Notes under the pieces: generated by a model
What the model was told of the DNA's origin: nothing
Seen by the model: only the letters and a program-made list of their open reading frames with translations
Databases searched by the model: none
DNA from: an uncultured Thermoplasmata archaeon
Lineage (GTDB): Archaea > Thermoplasmatota > Thermoplasmata > UBA10834
NCBI GenBank assembly: GCA_963719945.1
Contig: CAVRDX010000004.1
Coordinates: 128,001-192,000, forward strand
Reading direction: 5' to 3'
DNA length: 64,000 nucleotides
Program-made: the position numbers and the translations under genes
Shown: one piece after another, positions 61,398-64,000 of the stretch
Position numbering within the stretch: the first letter of the stretch is position 1
Layout: each line of letters opens with the position of its first letter

Positions 61398-62321
61398 TTG
61401 CGGAAGAACAACTTCCTTGGAGTCTACGGACACACCGCTATCGACATCATCTACTCCTCAGACGAATTTCCTCAGCCGAACACCTGTGTGGAACTGAAAG
61501 GCCGCAAGGAGTTGTACGGTGGTACTGGCGCGAATGTCGCCAGAATCGCAGCATCTCTGGGGGTCCCGACCGCACTCGCGAGTCACGTGGGAGCTGATTT
61601 TCCGAAAGAGTTTATGGAGTCGCTCCGAGCAGAAGGCGTCGACACAGTGGATGTCGTCAAGGTCCGAGGCCAGAGGACTCCGTTTGTGATCATGATCTCT
61701 GACAAGGAGCACAACCAGATCGGTTTCGTCGAACAAGGGGCCGTGCTCGAGTCGGAGAAGCTGCCGCTGCGGACGCATACAGTAGACACGTCGCGGTTCG
61801 TTCATGTGGGCACGGGCCGTCCAAACTATATGCTCAAAGTGGCAAAACGGGCGAAGCGTAAGAAACGGACCGTCTGCTTCGATCCGGCTCAAGAACTTCA
61901 TTACGTCTACAATCCAGAGACATTCAAGCTGGTGCTGGAGCAGAGCGACATCTTCTTCGCGAACTCCTCCGAATTGGAGCGGGCGAAGGAATATCTGAAT
62001 CTCAAAGAAGATCCGGAGCTCCTGTCATACGTCAAGATGGTCATCCATACGAAGGGTGCCGACGGTAGCAGGATACTCTCAGCCGACGACGATCTTATCG
62101 TGGGTGCGATACAGCCAGATAAAGTGATCGATACGACCGGTGCGGGAGATGCCTTCCGCGCAGGATTCTATGCAGGTCTCTTCAAATCTCTGCCTATCGA
62201 AGAATGTGCCTGGATCGGCGCATCCGTGGCTTCTTTTGTCGTCGAGAGCGTCGGTGCTCAGAGCGCGCTCCCCTCCTGGGATATGGTACAGAGAAGGGCT
62301 GCGCGGAGGAAGTACGTTTGA
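61398..62321 (+). CDS. PfkB-family carbohydrate/nucleoside kinase
   Basis: GGTGANVA, FDPAQ, DTTGAGDAF. Confidence 0.9.
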   Translation: MRKNNFLGVYGHTAIDIIYSSDEFPQPNTCVELKGRKELYGGTGANVARIAASLGVPTALASHVGADFPKEFMESLRAEGVDTVDVVKVRGQRTPFVIMISDKEHNQIGFVEQGAVLESEKLPLRTHTVDTSRFVHVGTGRPNYMLKVAKRAKRKKRTVCFDPAQELHYVYNPETFKLVLEQSDIFFANSSELERAKEYLNLKEDPELLSYVKMVIHTKGADGSRILSADDDLIVGAIQPDKVIDTTGAGDAFRAGFYAGLFKSLPIEECAWIGASVASFVVESVGAQSALPSWDMVQRRAARRKYV

Positions 62322-63094
62322 GTGACGGGCCTGAGACAAGCACTGCCTCACAGATGGGCGAAGGTATCCTCGAACTTCTGCGTACAGCGAAGAGAGTGAG
62401 TGTTCTCACCGGAGCGGGCGTTTCAGCGGAGAGTGGAATACCGACTTTCAGGGGTGCCGATGGCATCTGGGAGAAGTATGACTATAGAAAACTGGCGACT
62501 CCTGCGGGATTCGCCGAGGATCCAGAATTGGTGTGGGAATGGTACCAGCTTCGCCAGCGCGAGATAATGAAAGCGCATCCAAACCGCGCGCATGAGACGA
62601 TCTCGCTGATGGAACGATACTACTCCGAATTCACCCTGATCACTCAGAACATAGATGGTCTTCATCATCGTGCGGGGAATTCAACTGTCTTGGAGCTCCA
62701 TGGCAACATATGGCGGATGAGGTGTGATCGCGATCATACCATCATGGACCTCTCGGAGCCTCTGGATCATATCCCGCCTCTCTGTCAATGCGGCAACATA
62801 CTCCGACCGGATGTGGTATGGTTCGGCGAACAGTTGCCGACAGATGTCCTGGATGCCGCATCGAGGGCCGCATCCGAATGTGAAGTCATTTTCGTCGTGG
62901 GAACATCAGCTATGGTCTACCCGGCCGCAGCGCTTCCGATACTCACCAAGAATTCGGGAGGGTGCGTGATCGAGGTTAATCTTGAACCGACAGACGTGAC
63001 TACCTACGCGGACACGTCGTTACGCGGGCGCGCGGGTGATGTCTTGCCAGAAATCTGGACAGCGGTCACAAACCCCGAAAGCTTTATCAAATGA
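62318..63094 (+). CDS. cobB: NAD-dependent deacylase (sirtuin)
   Basis: GAGVSAESGIPTFRG, TQNIDGLH, HG, RPDVVWFGE, GTS.VYPAA; start uncertain (62318 or 62354). Confidence 0.93.
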   Translation: MSDGPETSTASQMGEGILELLRTAKRVSVLTGAGVSAESGIPTFRGADGIWEKYDYRKLATPAGFAEDPELVWEWYQLRQREIMKAHPNRAHETISLMERYYSEFTLITQNIDGLHHRAGNSTVLELHGNIWRMRCDRDHTIMDLSEPLDHIPPLCQCGNILRPDVVWFGEQLPTDVLDAASRAASECEVIFVVGTSAMVYPAAALPILTKNSGGCVIEVNLEPTDVTTYADTSLRGRAGDVLPEIWTAVTNPESFIK

Positions 63095-63125
63095 CAGCCC
63101 ATTATACCGCATTGGTGAGCACCAG

Positions 63126-63359
63126 ATGGCTGTGGGTTTTATACTGATAAGCACCGCGCCAGCAAAGGAGCACGAGGTTTACAACGAACTACTGAAGGTC
63201 AAGGAAGTGGTCGAGCTGCACCCTCTCTTCGGAGAGTACGACCTGATTGCCAAGATCGAGGCCGAGGATTTCAACCTGCTAGGGCAGGTTGTGGTCGATA
63301 AGGTCCGTTCGATCCCTGGCGTCATAGACACCAAGACCCTGACAGGTATTAAGTTCTGA
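63126..63359 (+). CDS. Stand-alone Lrp/AsnC ligand-binding domain
   Basis: LFGEYDLIAKIE, IPGVIDTKTL; no HTH. Confidence 0.9.
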   Translation: MAVGFILISTAPAKEHEVYNELLKVKEVVELHPLFGEYDLIAKIEAEDFNLLGQVVVDKVRSIPGVIDTKTLTGIKF

Positions 63360-63389
63360 ACTTCGATGCGGAATTCAAAGGTGAGCTAG

Positions 63390-63693
63390 ATGGAAAATGT
63401 ACTACTCGAGTTCTTGACGGTACTCATAATGATATTCAGCCTATTCATGCTGCTAGCGGGCGTGTTCACAGCATACTTCGGTAGCGGTAAGAGCAGGATC
63501 ATCGGTGTGGTGCTCCTCGTCATAGGTCTGATCGTCGGAGTATTGTGGGCGGTCATGTGCATCGACTCAATCGCAGTGATAGCCTGTCAACCTCAGCAGG
63601 GTCCTCGGGGACGCATTCTTGTATATCCTCGCGGCGTTGATTGGAGCCCTTGCAGCGGTTGGAGTGTTCCTTCTCGCGATAATGAAGTCGTAA
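63390..63693 (+). pseudogene. Small three-TM membrane protein with an apparent one-base insertion near 63584
   Basis: MENVLLEF...AYFGSGKSRIIG...IAVI in one frame; hydrophobic VNLSRVLGDAFLYILAALIGALAAVGVFLLAIMKS* in the next; the span is 304 nt (3n+1). Confidence 0.7.
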
Positions 63694-63734
63694 GAACGCA
63701 AACCTTTTTCTACAAACCATTCTTCTACCTTTTG

Positions 63735-64000
63735 ATGAGTGTCCAGATAGTTCTTGGTAGCAAGAGCGATATGAAAGTGGCCGAAAAGGCGGTCTCAGTC
63801 CTCAAGGAACTGGGAATACCCTATCGGATCGCTGTGGCCAGCGCGCACAGGACTCCAGAGCTGGTGGACCAGCTCGTGAACGAAGCAGATGCGGAAGTGT
63901 TTATCGCGATCGCGGGTCTGTCCGCGGCGCTGCCAGGTGTCATCGCATCGAAGACGGTGAGGCCAGTCATAGGCGTCCCCGTCAGCGGGGCGATCAACCT
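63735..64000 (+). CDS. purE: PurE (AIR carboxylase / N5-CAIR mutase), truncated by the window end
   Basis: MSVQIVLGSKSD, VASAHRTP, AGLSAALPGV, PVIGVP. Confidence 0.95.
   Translation, partial: MSVQIVLGSKSDMKVAEKAVSVLKELGIPYRIAVASAHRTPELVDQLVNEADAEVFIAIAGLSAALPGVIASKTVRPVIGVPVSGAIN

Noticed and set aside
59988-61433. 481-aa antisense ORF and many similar long antisense ORFs (e.g. 38223-39050, 28412-29179, 11290-12009)
   Set aside because: They overlap well-supported genes on the other strand, carry no recognisable motifs, and are expected from codon bias.
1-64000. tRNA/rRNA genes, CRISPR arrays, inteins, defence or mobile genes
   Set aside because: None recognised by eye, and AtpA, Cdc6 and CDC48 have normal lengths. 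tRNAscan-SE and Rfam were not run, so small RNAs could be missed.

Overview
Core-chromosome segment of an archaeon. The gene set (PolD small subunit, Cdc6/Orc1, TFB, TiaS, EndA, PriS, A-type ATP synthase, several KaiC/DUF835-type genes) and a moderately high GC content suggest Thermoplasmatota; this placement is inference. It holds about 60 genes, mostly housekeeping. No rRNA, tRNA, CRISPR array, transposase or integrase was seen. Main points: (1) a Cdc6-adjacent replication origin with inverted ORB boxes around an AT-rich unwinding element, plus a second ORB cluster about 1.4 kb away, so an unusually AT-rich hflX gene is enclosed by ORBs. (2) Several genes missing from the ORF track: a type IV pilin at the left edge, a 41-aa membrane protein closing the ATP synthase operon, a 52-aa four-Cys protein, a frameshifted membrane protein, and purE. 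(3) Two KaiC-like ATPase modules near pilin genes. One lies upstream of the pilin; the other (V4R-KaiC-DUF835) lies beside a CYTH gene, cobO, an apparently ATPase-dead wHTH-STAND regulator and a 1162-aa pilin-anchored FG-GAP adhesin. (4) A membrane wHTH regulator upstream of a small secreted His/Met/Tyr/Cys-rich protein, with direct repeats between them. (5) A LipS1-type radical SAM enzyme and a bacterial-type GAPDH with an atypical active-site motif. All calls come from reading motifs by eye; no searches were run.
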